DNA of 64,000 nucleotides from Opitutales bacterium (GTDB lineage Bacteria > Verrucomicrobiota > Verrucomicrobiia > Opitutales > UBA9783). Where the stretch lies: assembly GCA_046881885.1 (NCBI GenBank), contig JBKSMP010000021.1, positions 238 to 64,237 on the forward strand, in the 5' to 3' direction. The notes under the pieces were generated by a model. That model saw only the letters and a list, made by a program, of their open reading frames with translations. It did no database searches and was not told where the DNA came from. Below are positions 9,151 to 17,280 of the stretch, one piece after another (position 1 is the first letter of the stretch; each line of letters opens with the position of its first letter). A program made the position numbers and the translations under genes.

Positions 9151-10164
9151 TCAACCGAACCAGCTTTGAACTTCAGAATTCAATTGCAAGATTTGCCAAC
9201 CTTTCGGAGTTAATTGCCGACCTTGGGGCGTCCGTTGAATGTAACCTTCTTGAATAAGGAAAGGCTCGTGGACTTCAGCCAAAGTTTCTGCCTCTTCGCC
9301 AACAGCAATTGCCAGCGTACTAACACCAACTGGCTTTCCATGAAAGTGATTAGCAAGCACAAATAAAATCTTTTTATCTAATTCATCCAAGCCATTTTCA
9401 TCGATATCAAGTAAGGCTAAAGCCTGTTCTGCAATTGCTTTATCGACATTTGCAGCCTTTTTTTGCTGAGCAAAATCTCGCACAAAATGAATCAAATTAT
9501 TTGCAATACGCGGAGTACCTCTCGAACGTGAGGCAATTTCGTAAGCCCCTTCAGCTTTTATAGAAAGGTCTAAAAGCTTTGCCGATCGAAGAATAATAGC
9601 CGTCAAATCTTCCTTATTATAATAATCAAGACGCGTTTGTAAGGTAAAACGACTTCGCAAAGGTGCTGTCAATAAACCACTTCGAGTGGTTGCTCCCAGC
9701 AAGGTAAATCGCGGAATATTCAAGCGAACGCTACGTGCATTCGGCCCTTGATCAATCATAATATCGATGCAAAAATCCTCCATTGCAGAAAAGAGATATT
9801 CTTCTACCGTCTTTGGCAAACGATGAATTTCATCAATAAATAAGACGTCACGTTCATTTAAATTCGTCAACAAACCCGCCAAATCGGCAGCCTTTTCAAT
9901 AATAGGTCCCGAAGTTACATGAACCCCTACTCCCATTTCATTACCTAAAATATGAGCTAAGGTTGTCTTCCCCAAACCTGGAGGTCCACTAAGTAAGATA
10001 TGATTTAAGGTATCCTGACGAGCCCTAGCCGCTCCTACCATAATTTTGAGCCGCTCTACCGTTTTTACCTGCCCTGTAAAATCCGAAAAACTCAAGGGCC
10101 GAAGCTTATTTTCTTCGGACGGATTAGCTTGATTAAATACCTCGCAAGGAGCTTTACTCTGCAT
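9151..10164 (-). CDS. ruvB: Holliday junction DNA helicase RuvB
   Basis: [20 protein letters not shown], and the RuvB C-terminal region ([17 protein letters not shown]). Confidence 0.95.
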   Translation of the reverse strand: MQSKAPCEVFNQANPSEENKLRPLSFSDFTGQVKTVERLKIMVGAARARQDTLNHILLSGPPGLGKTTLAHILGNEMGVGVHVTSGPIIEKAADLAGLLTNLNERDVLFIDEIHRLPKTVEEYLFSAMEDFCIDIMIDQGPNARSVRLNIPRFTLLGATTRSGLLTAPLRSRFTLQTRLDYYNKEDLTAIILRSAKLLDLSIKAEGAYEIASRSRGTPRIANNLIHFVRDFAQQKKAANVDKAIAEQALALLDIDENGLDELDKKILFVLANHFHGKPVGVSTLAIAVGEEAETLAEVHEPFLIQEGYIQRTPQGRQLTPKGWQILQLNSEVQSWFG

Positions 10165-11539
10165 TTTTAAATTCAGCCGCTAATTGCGTTAAAGTTGATT
10201 TAGCATCACCATAAATCATGCGGGTATTATCTTTTGTAAACAATTCGTTCTCCAAGCCAGAAAACCCTTTTCCTTGACCACGTTTAAGTACAAAAACGGT
10301 ACGCGCATTGAACACTTCTAAAATGGGCATTCCGTAAAGCGGCGAATCTGGATTCTCAACAGCCGCCGGATTAACAACGTCATTAGCCCCTACAACAATA
10401 GCCACATCGGTATCCGCAAAACGCGTATTCGCTGTTTCCAACTCTGTTAATTGATCATAATCCACATCAGCTTCGGCTAGCAATACATTCATATGGCCTG
10501 GCATACGTCCTGCAACCGGATGGATCGCATAAAAAACATCCGCACCATTTTGCATAAAACGCTGCGCTAGATCCTTGACCGCATGCTGAGCTTGTGCTAC
10601 CGCCAAACCATATCCCGGAACAATCGCAACCGTACGAGCTGCTTCAAGAATGTAATAAGCGTCTTCAACACTGATTGTCTTGGGCTCCAATTGCGTTCCA
10701 GCTTGCTTTTTAGTTTGTTTTTGAGCAAATCCTCCTAACAAAACTTTTTGCACAGAACGATTCATGGCCTTACACATAATCAGTGTTAAAATTAAACCAC
10801 TTGTACCCACCAAACAGCCTGCTACAATGAGCACTTTATTCAGCAAAATTAAACCCGCTGCACCGGCTGCAATACCGGACAAACTATTCAACAAAGAAAT
10901 AATTACCGGCATATCTCCACCACCGATATGCAAAACAAACAGGCCACCTCCGATTGTGCTCAATGCAATCAAGGTATAAAAAGCCCAAACATTATGGGCA
11001 TAAATCCATTCACAAGAAGCCACGACCAATAATACAACAAGAAAAGCGTCCACCCATTTCTGTCCACAAAAACAAATGGACCCCGTTGGCATCTTTTGGC
11101 TTAACTTACCGTAAGCAATCAAGCTTCCCGTAAATGTAATGGCACCAATAATAATGGTTAAACACGTTGCAACTTGGGCAAAATAAAGCTGAAAATCATA
11201 ATAAAACTGCGGAATGTAGTTTAATTTAATCCCTTCAACAATACCAACCGCAACACTGGCCAAACCTCCAAAACCATTAAATAAGGCCACCATTTCTGGC
11301 ATCGCAGTCATTTGAACACGAATCGCCATTAGAAGCCCCACATAAGCTCCTGCAAAAGCAACAGCAAATGTAACCGTTAAATTCTGCGGAGGAAAGCGAA
11401 GTAAAGTTACTAAAATCGCCAAAAACATACCTGCTGCCGAAATAAAATTACCCTTGCGGGCAGAAGCTGTTTTTCCGAGCAATTTAATCCCCCAAATTAA
11501 CAAAATGGCTGAAACAATATAAATAAAATCGCTATTCAC
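10154..11539 (-). CDS. pntB: NAD(P) transhydrogenase subunit beta PntB
   Basis: Multi-TM N-terminal part plus a dIII block ([15 protein letters not shown] ... [18 protein letters not shown] ... [10 protein letters not shown]). Confidence 0.92.
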   Translation of the reverse strand: MNSDFIYIVSAILLIWGIKLLGKTASARKGNFISAAGMFLAILVTLLRFPPQNLTVTFAVAFAGAYVGLLMAIRVQMTAMPEMVALFNGFGGLASVAVGIVEGIKLNYIPQFYYDFQLYFAQVATCLTIIIGAITFTGSLIAYGKLSQKMPTGSICFCGQKWVDAFLVVLLVVASCEWIYAHNVWAFYTLIALSTIGGGLFVLHIGGGDMPVIISLLNSLSGIAAGAAGLILLNKVLIVAGCLVGTSGLILTLIMCKAMNRSVQKVLLGGFAQKQTKKQAGTQLEPKTISVEDAYYILEAARTVAIVPGYGLAVAQAQHAVKDLAQRFMQNGADVFYAIHPVAGRMPGHMNVLLAEADVDYDQLTELETANTRFADTDVAIVVGANDVVNPAAVENPDSPLYGMPILEVFNARTVFVLKRGQGKGFSGLENELFTKDNTRMIYGDAKSTLTQLAAEFKNAE

Positions 11540-11545
11540 AATGAC

Positions 11546-11833
11546 TTACTTTCGTTGATTTTTAGAATGAAACATCTTGAGCATACGATCGGTAACCCAA
11601 TAACCGCCAACGATATTAATCATGGCAAAAAAGATACCCACATAGCCCAAAATAAGCGTTAATGGCTCACGTGCCTGAGACAAGGTAACAATTGCGCCCA
11701 CCAAAGTAATACCGGAAATCGCATTTGTTCCCGACATAAGAGGTGTATGCAATTGCGATGGAATTTTAGCAATCAATTCAAATCCCAGCAAGCTTGCCAA
11801 TAAAATGCAAAAACTTAACCAACCATAATCCAT
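11546..11833 (-). CDS. pntAB: NAD(P) transhydrogenase alpha subunit part 2 (membrane dII piece)
   Basis: 95-aa, 3-TM protein with the hallmark LHTPLMSGTNAISGI. It lies directly upstream of pntB. Confidence 0.85.
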   Translation of the reverse strand: MDYGWLSFCILLASLLGFELIAKIPSQLHTPLMSGTNAISGITLVGAIVTLSQAREPLTLILGYVGIFFAMINIVGGYWVTDRMLKMFHSKNQRK

Positions 11834-11898
11834 GCAAGTTAATGTAAAACATTTAACAACAAAGGGAAGTTAAAAGTTAAAGAATTTAGCAAACTTGT

Positions 11899-12414
11899 TC
11901 AATTCGCAATAGTTAAACGAAAATAAGGCCAAGCTGTATTAAAAATGAAAGTTTCAAAACAGATATTTTCTTCATTTATTAATTTCAACCTAAGCGCAGG
12001 CGTTACTTTAGGCTCTTGATCCAAAAGACTCCATCGCTTCTCATTGGAGTCCCAATAAAACCAAACAGCCTGCTTCAACCCCTTTATCGGAATAAAAATT
12101 TCGTCCCTTTCTCTGAACTCTTTCTCTAAAAAACAAATTTTATAAACTCTCTGCGTATCTAATGTCTGAAAACTTAAACAATCATTTTCCATTTTAAAAC
12201 AAGCACCTTTTTTTACGTAAAAAAGGATTTTTGTAAAGCTATCTAAAGGCCTAACTTCCTCATATTTATGCGCTTTTTTTACCATAAAAAGCACTTGTGC
12301 AAAAATCGTTATGAACAGGCTCCAAACACTTAAAGCCAACAACACCTCCAAAAGTGTAAACGCTTTTGTTGCTTTTTTATCACACATTTTTCGCATTTTC
12401 TCATAAAATAACAT
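11899..12414 (-). CDS. Prepilin-type N-terminal cleavage/methylation domain protein (minor pseudopilin-like)
   Basis: KKATKAFTLLEVLLALSVWSLFITIF matches the class III signal pattern K-[G/A]-FTL[LI]E plus a hydrophobic helix. The true start may be an internal Met (12396 or 12387). Confidence 0.6.
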   Translation of the reverse strand: MLFYEKMRKMCDKKATKAFTLLEVLLALSVWSLFITIFAQVLFMVKKAHKYEEVRPLDSFTKILFYVKKGACFKMENDCLSFQTLDTQRVYKICFLEKEFRERDEIFIPIKGLKQAVWFYWDSNEKRWSLLDQEPKVTPALRLKLINEENICFETFIFNTAWPYFRLTIAN

Positions 12415-12461
12415 TGACCTTTTACCTTTTTCAATGTTTTATTAAAGTAAATATCAATATT

Positions 12462-12737
12462 ATGAATAAATCAGAACTTATCGTTGAAATTCAAAGTTTG
12501 TTAGGTGAAGGCGCAACAAAAGTTTGTGCAGAACGTGCTTTAGAAGCTGTATTAGGCGCATTTAAAGCTGGCATAAAGAAAGACAAAGCAGTTCAATTGG
12601 TCGGCTTTGGAACGTTTTCCATAACAGAACGTAAAGCTCGTAAAGGGGTTAATCCACAAACTGGAAAGACCATTCAAATTGCTGCTTCGAAGACAGTTAA
12701 GTTTAAGCCTAGCGCTCACCTAAAAGAGATTTGCTAA
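12462..12737 (+). CDS. hup: HU/IHF-family DNA-binding protein
   Basis: MNKSELIVEI ... GFGTFSITERKARKGVNPQTGKTIQIAASKTVKFKPS. I chose the ATG at 12462 rather than the longer track ORF starting at 12366. Confidence 0.9.
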   Translation: MNKSELIVEIQSLLGEGATKVCAERALEAVLGAFKAGIKKDKAVQLVGFGTFSITERKARKGVNPQTGKTIQIAASKTVKFKPSAHLKEIC

Positions 12738-12745
12738 TTTTAAAC

Positions 12746-12780
12746 GGTAAGGATTTGAAAAAATTCTTACCACTTCTTTC
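12746..12780 (+). terminator. Intrinsic terminator after hup
   Basis: Hairpin GGTAAGGATTT-GAAA-AAATTCTTACC (about 11 bp including one G.U pair), followed by a T-rich tract. Confidence 0.5.
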
Positions 12781-12795
12781 TTTCGAAATGCAGTT

Positions 12796-12987
12796 ATGAA
12801 GTATACACTATTAGACGAAGCAGTAAAAGTTGTTCCAAATTCTGGAATTCTTATTAATTTAATTTCAAAACGCGTTAAGCAATTACGCAATGGTGCAGAA
12901 CCTTTAGTTCATTCTTTGGAAAAGCTAACTTTAGAAGATATTGCTTTAAAAGAAATTATTGAAAAAAAGATCACTGCAACCTTTTAG
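12796..12987 (+). CDS. rpoZ: Probable RNA polymerase omega subunit
   Basis: 63 aa. LDEAVKVVPNSGILINLISKRVKQLRNG ... EDIALKEIIEKKI follows the RpoZ pattern (..PNR..LV.....RA.QL ... IAL.EI..G.I). Confidence 0.55.
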   Translation: MKYTLLDEAVKVVPNSGILINLISKRVKQLRNGAEPLVHSLEKLTLEDIALKEIIEKKITATF

Positions 12988-12999
12988 TTGCTGTGTTGA

Positions 13000-13476
13000 A
13001 TGAAAAAAAACGCATCAGAATATACTACCAAAACGGTTCTTAATCGTAAGTTAGCTCATGATTTTTTTATTGGCAAAAAGTTTGAAGCTGGTATTGTTTT
13101 ATGCGGAACAGAAATAAAATCCATACGAGCCGGTAATGTTACACTTAGCGAGTCTTTTATTCGCTTAGATCGCAACAATCGTCCGGTTTGGATTAATGCC
13201 TACATCAACGATTACAAATTTGGCAATGTCAATAACCATGAGCCCTCGCGTTCACGTTTTTTACTTCTAAAACATAGAGAAATTAATGAATTACGTGGAG
13301 CCCTAGAGCGCAAAGGCGAAAGTATTTTTCCCGTAAAACTATATTTTAAGTCGGGATTAGCCAAATTAGAAATTGCTATTTGCCGAGCAAAAAAATTGTT
13401 TGATAAGCGACGCGACTTAAAAGATAAGGCTGAAAGTCGAGATATGGAACGTGCCTTACGTTATAAATTTAAATGA
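13000..13476 (+). CDS. smpB: SsrA-binding protein SmpB
   Basis: NRKLAHDFFIGKKFEAGIVLCGTEIKSIRAGNVTLSESF ... LLLKHREINEL ... GESIFPVKLYF. Confidence 0.93.
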   Translation: MKKNASEYTTKTVLNRKLAHDFFIGKKFEAGIVLCGTEIKSIRAGNVTLSESFIRLDRNNRPVWINAYINDYKFGNVNNHEPSRSRFLLLKHREINELRGALERKGESIFPVKLYFKSGLAKLEIAICRAKKLFDKRRDLKDKAESRDMERALRYKFK

Positions 13477-13928
13477 TACACGTTGTTCTTTTTCGCCCAG
13501 AAATCCCACAAAACACAGGCAATATAGGTCGTTTGTGTGCTTGCACGAATACCTGTCTACATCTGATTCATCCGCTTGGATTTACCCTATCCGATCGCCA
13601 TTTAAAACGTAGTGGAATGGACTATTGGAATTATCTTCAGGTAAAAGAATACGCCAATTGGGAAGATTTCATGGCACGCAAAGAAGGCATCCAACGCATT
13701 TGGCTTCTCACTACACATGCAAAAAAATCCTATACTGACGTTTCTTTCCAGGATGGTGACGCCATTCTTTTCGGAAGTGAAGGCAAAGGTTGCCCGGAAG
13801 ACCTCCATCAAACCCTCAACGATTACCGCATTACCATCCCCCTACTCCACCCCAATGTACGCTCTCTAAATCTCAGTACAAGCGTCGGCATCGTCCGCTA
13901 CGAGATTTATCGTCAATGTAAGATTTAA
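13473..13928 (+). CDS. trmL: tRNA (cytidine/uridine-34 2'-O)-methyltransferase TrmL (SpoU family)
   Basis: VVLFRPEIPQNTGNIGRLCA ... HLIHPLGF ... LKRSGMDYW ... LFGSEGKG.P ... SLNLSTSVGI. Confidence 0.9.
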   Translation: MIHVVLFRPEIPQNTGNIGRLCACTNTCLHLIHPLGFTLSDRHLKRSGMDYWNYLQVKEYANWEDFMARKEGIQRIWLLTTHAKKSYTDVSFQDGDAILFGSEGKGCPEDLHQTLNDYRITIPLLHPNVRSLNLSTSVGIVRYEIYRQCKI

Positions 13929-14053
13929 TGCAACATTCTCTCATGTTTTTTAATTTCATTACAAAATCCAAACCTCAATATATAATATTTTGAAAAAATG
14001 CATTGACATCTTTTGGGTTTTATAATTCTTTTAGAAGGTAGTAGTGTTTTATT

Positions 14054-14182
14054 ATGAAAGTGGTTTCCTCTATTAAATCTTTGAAGAACCGAAATGCAAA
14101 ATGCCAAGTAGTACGTCGGAAAGGTCGCATTTATGTTATTTGCAAGACCAATCCTCGCTATAAGGCTCGACAAGGTTATTAA
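14054..14182 (+). CDS. rpmJ: 50S ribosomal protein L36 (Cys-poor, zinc-independent type)
   Basis: 42-codon ORF, too short to appear in the supplied ORF track: [42 protein letters not shown]. An SD AGAAGG lies upstream. It lacks the CxxC...C...H zinc knuckle. Confidence 0.85.
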   Translation: MKVVSSIKSLKNRNAKCQVVRRKGRIYVICKTNPRYKARQGY

Positions 14183-14200
14183 TGTAGTTGTGTTTGAAAA

Positions 14201-14455
14201 ATGAAAAAAGATATCCATCCTGATTATCATCCTGTTTGCTTTGTTGATGTTTCAACAGGAAAAAGATTTTTAACGTATTCAACCATGTCTTCTAAAGAAA
14301 AAGAAGTGATTAATGGCGTAGAACATTTTATTGTTATACGAGATGTTACTTCAGATTCACATCCTGTTTATACAGGTGAAAAGCGTTTCGTTGACACAAC
14401 TGGACGTGTTGAAAAATTCCAAAAGAAGTTTGGTCGTCGTCCATCACACGCATAA
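14201..14455 (+). CDS. rpmE: 50S ribosomal protein L31, type B (no CxxC pairs)
   Basis: MKKDIHPDYHPVCFVD ... SDSHPVYTGEKRFVDTTGRVEKFQKKFG. It has a single Cys only. Confidence 0.9.
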   Translation: MKKDIHPDYHPVCFVDVSTGKRFLTYSTMSSKEKEVINGVEHFIVIRDVTSDSHPVYTGEKRFVDTTGRVEKFQKKFGRRPSHA

Positions 14456-14583
14456 GCTCAAGAAAAAGCAAAAAAGGAGGGCCTTAAGGGCTCTTATTTT
14501 TTTGATCTTCCGCTTGACTTTTGCAGTCAAATTTTACAATTTGTTTTAAGTTAAGTAAGTATTTCTGCGATAACGATTATTTT

Positions 14584-16344
14584 ATGCAAAATTTCGCAAA
14601 TCAATGTTTAGATATGGCCCGTTCTATTTTAGAGCATAATTTAGGGGCCATCGATGAAAATGGAATTATTCTACCGGTTGAAGGTGAACCATCTTTACCA
14701 GAAGAAAGCGCGCACGCATTGGCAGCTATTGGTGAATTTTACCGTGCTACGCGCGAGACAAAAATAAATGATTTTGACCTTGTTGAATTGGGGGCTCGTT
14801 GCCTCAAGCAGCAGATTTCTTGCGAAAATAACAATAGTCGCGCTTTGGCCTATTCTGCTTTAGGGCTTTTAGCTTTTGGCCCTGCAAAACAACGCAACCT
14901 TATTTGGGAAAAACTGGATGAAGAAACACGGGCTGAGCTCGACAAACGTCTTCTAACTCGAACCGAAGCCAAAGGATCATTGCAAGCGTTCAACATTGCT
15001 AAAGCAGTTGCGCGTTATAGCATGGGCCTCTCCAAAAAAGATGAAACAGGTCGCTTAATCGATGAATTTTTAGCACAAATAAAATCTTCAAGCACCAGTG
15101 GATTCTTGTCAGACGATTCCGAAGCAGGGTTGCCAGGTGTTTATGATGTTTCGGCATTAATGAGTTTCATCTTCATCCGACAGGCACTCAAACTGCATGT
15201 TAATTTGTCACTTTGTGAAAGAAAGTTGCCAAGTTTGCGTACATTTGCAGAAAAATTGGTTAAATTATTGCCAGATTTGGTACGTTCTGACGGTTTAGGT
15301 TGGGCTTATGGTCGTGGTGTTGGCATTTACGGTCAAATTTATTGCATAAGTATCATTTTGCAATTTTTACGTGATGGGTGGATTAGTGCCGACAAAAAAC
15401 CACTATATTTAGATTTATTACGTCGTTTGTTCCAATTTTTCTTTGTTTCTTATTTAGACCAAGAAAAAGGTGCTTTAGTCGTTAACGACGAGGAACGTTG
15501 CGCATTGCCTTCACAAACAACACGTATTGTAAGTTTTGATGTTGCACGTTATTTGTGCCAATGGTCACGTTTGGCAAACTTATTGGGCTTGTCCTTAAAC
15601 GTACCTGCATGCGTCACTAAAACGGGAGGTCGTTTTATTCTTTTTGACAAAACACCAAACAAAGAACAAGGCTTATTTGTTTATCAAGATGCGGCATCAG
15701 GCTTACACATTCAATTGCCACTTATGGGTGGTCGCGGAAAGAATGAATCCGATGCATTAGCATTTCCTCATTGTCCCGGCGTATTTGATTGGCCAGTTCA
15801 TGCTTATCTACCCGTTTTACTACCGGAATTGTCCCTAAATGGCGTAAAAACAATTCCTTCTTTTTACGGAAAACATTGTACAACAAGCTTGGGACTTAAG
15901 AATTCTTTTGTATTTTCTTATGAACAACCTGAGTTGATTTCTAAGGACGAAAAGATCTTGCCAGGCTTAGGTAGCTGCAAAGTTTCTTGGAAATTTTCTG
16001 GCTCTACACTTACAGCAGATTTCGCCTATAAATTCAAACAAGCTTTAACTTTAGATAGTTTCCATTTTATTATTCCTTTATCGGCACCTCACTCTACCTA
16101 TCGATTGGAACATTCGTTTACGTTAGGAGAAAATAGTTTGCAAGCTTCCGTCCTTAAAGATGATTTTGGTGCGTCTTGGACAGAGGTACAGGAAGTTTAT
16201 AACGATCCCAACTATAAAACTTATTATGGAAAGATTTGTTATTTGCAAATTCTGGAGCGCAAGATGCCTTTAAATGTAAAACCCGGAAAGACGTACCAGT
16301 TGCAAATTGAATTAACTCCTGATATTCAATTGATTGCGCATTAA
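14584..16344 (+). CDS. Hypothetical protein, 586 aa (helix-rich N-half, beta-rich C-half by composition)
   Basis: Long uninterrupted ORF with codon usage like its neighbours. I chose the ATG at 14584 over the alternative-start call at 14521. I recognise no catalytic motif. Confidence 0.7.
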   Translation: MQNFANQCLDMARSILEHNLGAIDENGIILPVEGEPSLPEESAHALAAIGEFYRATRETKINDFDLVELGARCLKQQISCENNNSRALAYSALGLLAFGPAKQRNLIWEKLDEETRAELDKRLLTRTEAKGSLQAFNIAKAVARYSMGLSKKDETGRLIDEFLAQIKSSSTSGFLSDDSEAGLPGVYDVSALMSFIFIRQALKLHVNLSLCERKLPSLRTFAEKLVKLLPDLVRSDGLGWAYGRGVGIYGQIYCISIILQFLRDGWISADKKPLYLDLLRRLFQFFFVSYLDQEKGALVVNDEERCALPSQTTRIVSFDVARYLCQWSRLANLLGLSLNVPACVTKTGGRFILFDKTPNKEQGLFVYQDAASGLHIQLPLMGGRGKNESDALAFPHCPGVFDWPVHAYLPVLLPELSLNGVKTIPSFYGKHCTTSLGLKNSFVFSYEQPELISKDEKILPGLGSCKVSWKFSGSTLTADFAYKFKQALTLDSFHFIIPLSAPHSTYRLEHSFTLGENSLQASVLKDDFGASWTEVQEVYNDPNYKTYYGKICYLQILERKMPLNVKPGKTYQLQIELTPDIQLIAH

Positions 16345-16446
16345 GCAATTTAAAAAAGATTCCTTCTTGAAAAAGGCGTTGTATGTAGCCTATTTTCAAG
16401 GAGTTTCCTTTCTACATCAAAGGCTATTTGAAAAACATCTAAAAAA

Positions 16447-16477
16447 AGAAACCTCTTAAAATTAAGAGGTTCTTTTG
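16447..16477. terminator. Bidirectional intrinsic terminator between convergent genes
   Basis: AAAAAAAG-AACCTCTTA-AAAT-TAAGAGGTT-CTTTT: a 9-bp stem flanked by an A-run on one side and a T-run on the other. Confidence 0.6.
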
Positions 16478-16510
16478 AACTTTATGAAACACACCAAATA
16501 AATTCTTTAA

Positions 16511-16681
16511 CTACGCCAGGTAATGTTTAGATTCCGTGTAGGAAATTCCTTGACGTGGTGCAGAAGGCGGCACTTGGTTGAGGTGCTGCAAGTGTTTTAT
16601 GGTGTGTTCGTTCAATCCTCCTACATTATTTACAAGTATAGGAGCGAATAGACTCTTTCCTGTTTTATTCATTTTTTGCAT
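16511..16681 (-). CDS. Small hypothetical protein (56 aa) directly downstream of a T3S chaperone gene
   Basis: Not in the ORF track because it is under 60 aa. The ATG at 16681..16679 is preceded by AGGA with 6-nt spacing and lies 23 nt after the chaperone stop. Translation: MQKMNKTGKSLFAPILVNNVGGLNEHTIKHLQHLNQVPPSAPRQGISYTESKHYLA. It is followed by the terminator at 16447..16477. Confidence 0.4.
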   Translation of the reverse strand: MQKMNKTGKSLFAPILVNNVGGLNEHTIKHLQHLNQVPPSAPRQGISYTESKHYLA

Positions 16682-16704
16682 AGTATATCCTGGGTTAAAA
16701 ATGT

Positions 16705-17130
16705 TTAAAGATCTCGTTCTTCTGCCTCTCTTAAAAAGGTTTCGATGCGATTAATCCATTTTTCAACAACTTCGACAAAGGTTGCCAATTGGTCTTCAAA
16801 CGCATTAAAATTATCGAGAGGAAGCGAAAACGCCTTTGCTAAAACAAGAGATTGTGACTGTTTGTCGATTCCTAAGGTTCCACCATCCGTTTCGTTCCAG
16901 AAAAAATTTCCTTCTAATGCTTTTTCGAAAATAACTTCTCGACATTCTAATGGGATTTCGCCGATATAAGCGTAAATCACCATCTTGTTCCCTTCTTCAT
17001 CGAGATCGATATTCAGAACAATTTTTTCATCGAAAAGCAAAATACAGTGGTTATTGTCGTCCAAACGCAATTCAGACAAATTCAAACCTTCTCCAATATG
17101 CCTCAAAAGCTCATTTACATGCTCTTTCAT
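16705..17130 (-). CDS. Class I type III secretion chaperone-like protein (SycE/CesT family)
   Basis: 141 aa and acidic. The pattern LLRHIGEGLNLSELRLDDNNHCILLFDEKIVLNIDLDEEGNKMVIYAYIGEIP ... ALEGNFFWNETDGGTLGIDKQSQSLVLAKAFSL is typical of this family. Confidence 0.65.
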   Translation of the reverse strand: MKEHVNELLRHIGEGLNLSELRLDDNNHCILLFDEKIVLNIDLDEEGNKMVIYAYIGEIPLECREVIFEKALEGNFFWNETDGGTLGIDKQSQSLVLAKAFSLPLDNFNAFEDQLATFVEVVEKWINRIETFLREAEERDL

Positions 17131-17141
17131 CTGTGAAATAT

Positions 17142-17171
17142 ATTGTAAGCACGTTTTTTCACAAGTCTCAA
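17142..17171 (-). promoter_or_regulatory. Putative sigma70-type promoter for the chaperone / small-ORF unit
   Basis: On the minus strand: TTGAGA, 18 nt, TACAAT, ending about 11 nt upstream of the ATG. This would give a very short leader. Confidence 0.35.
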
Positions 17172-17280
17172 GCTTAAAATGCGATTCTTTTAAAATTTAT
17201 TTTACTCCTAATAACTCCTTTACAAAACCTAAGATAGCTATAGCAATCCCCTACTTTATCGTTATTTTTACAAAACTAAA

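Noticed and set aside
13977-14026. Candidate Zur box or promoter upstream of rpmJ. The sequence AATAT-ATA-ATATT is partly palindromic, and perfect TTGACA (14003..14008) and TATAAT (14021..14026) hexamers are present.
   Set aside because: The palindrome has only 5-bp arms of pure A/T in AT-rich DNA and does not match a Zur-box consensus that I can recall. The two perfect hexamers are separated by only 12 nt, which is incompatible with a standard sigma70 promoter.
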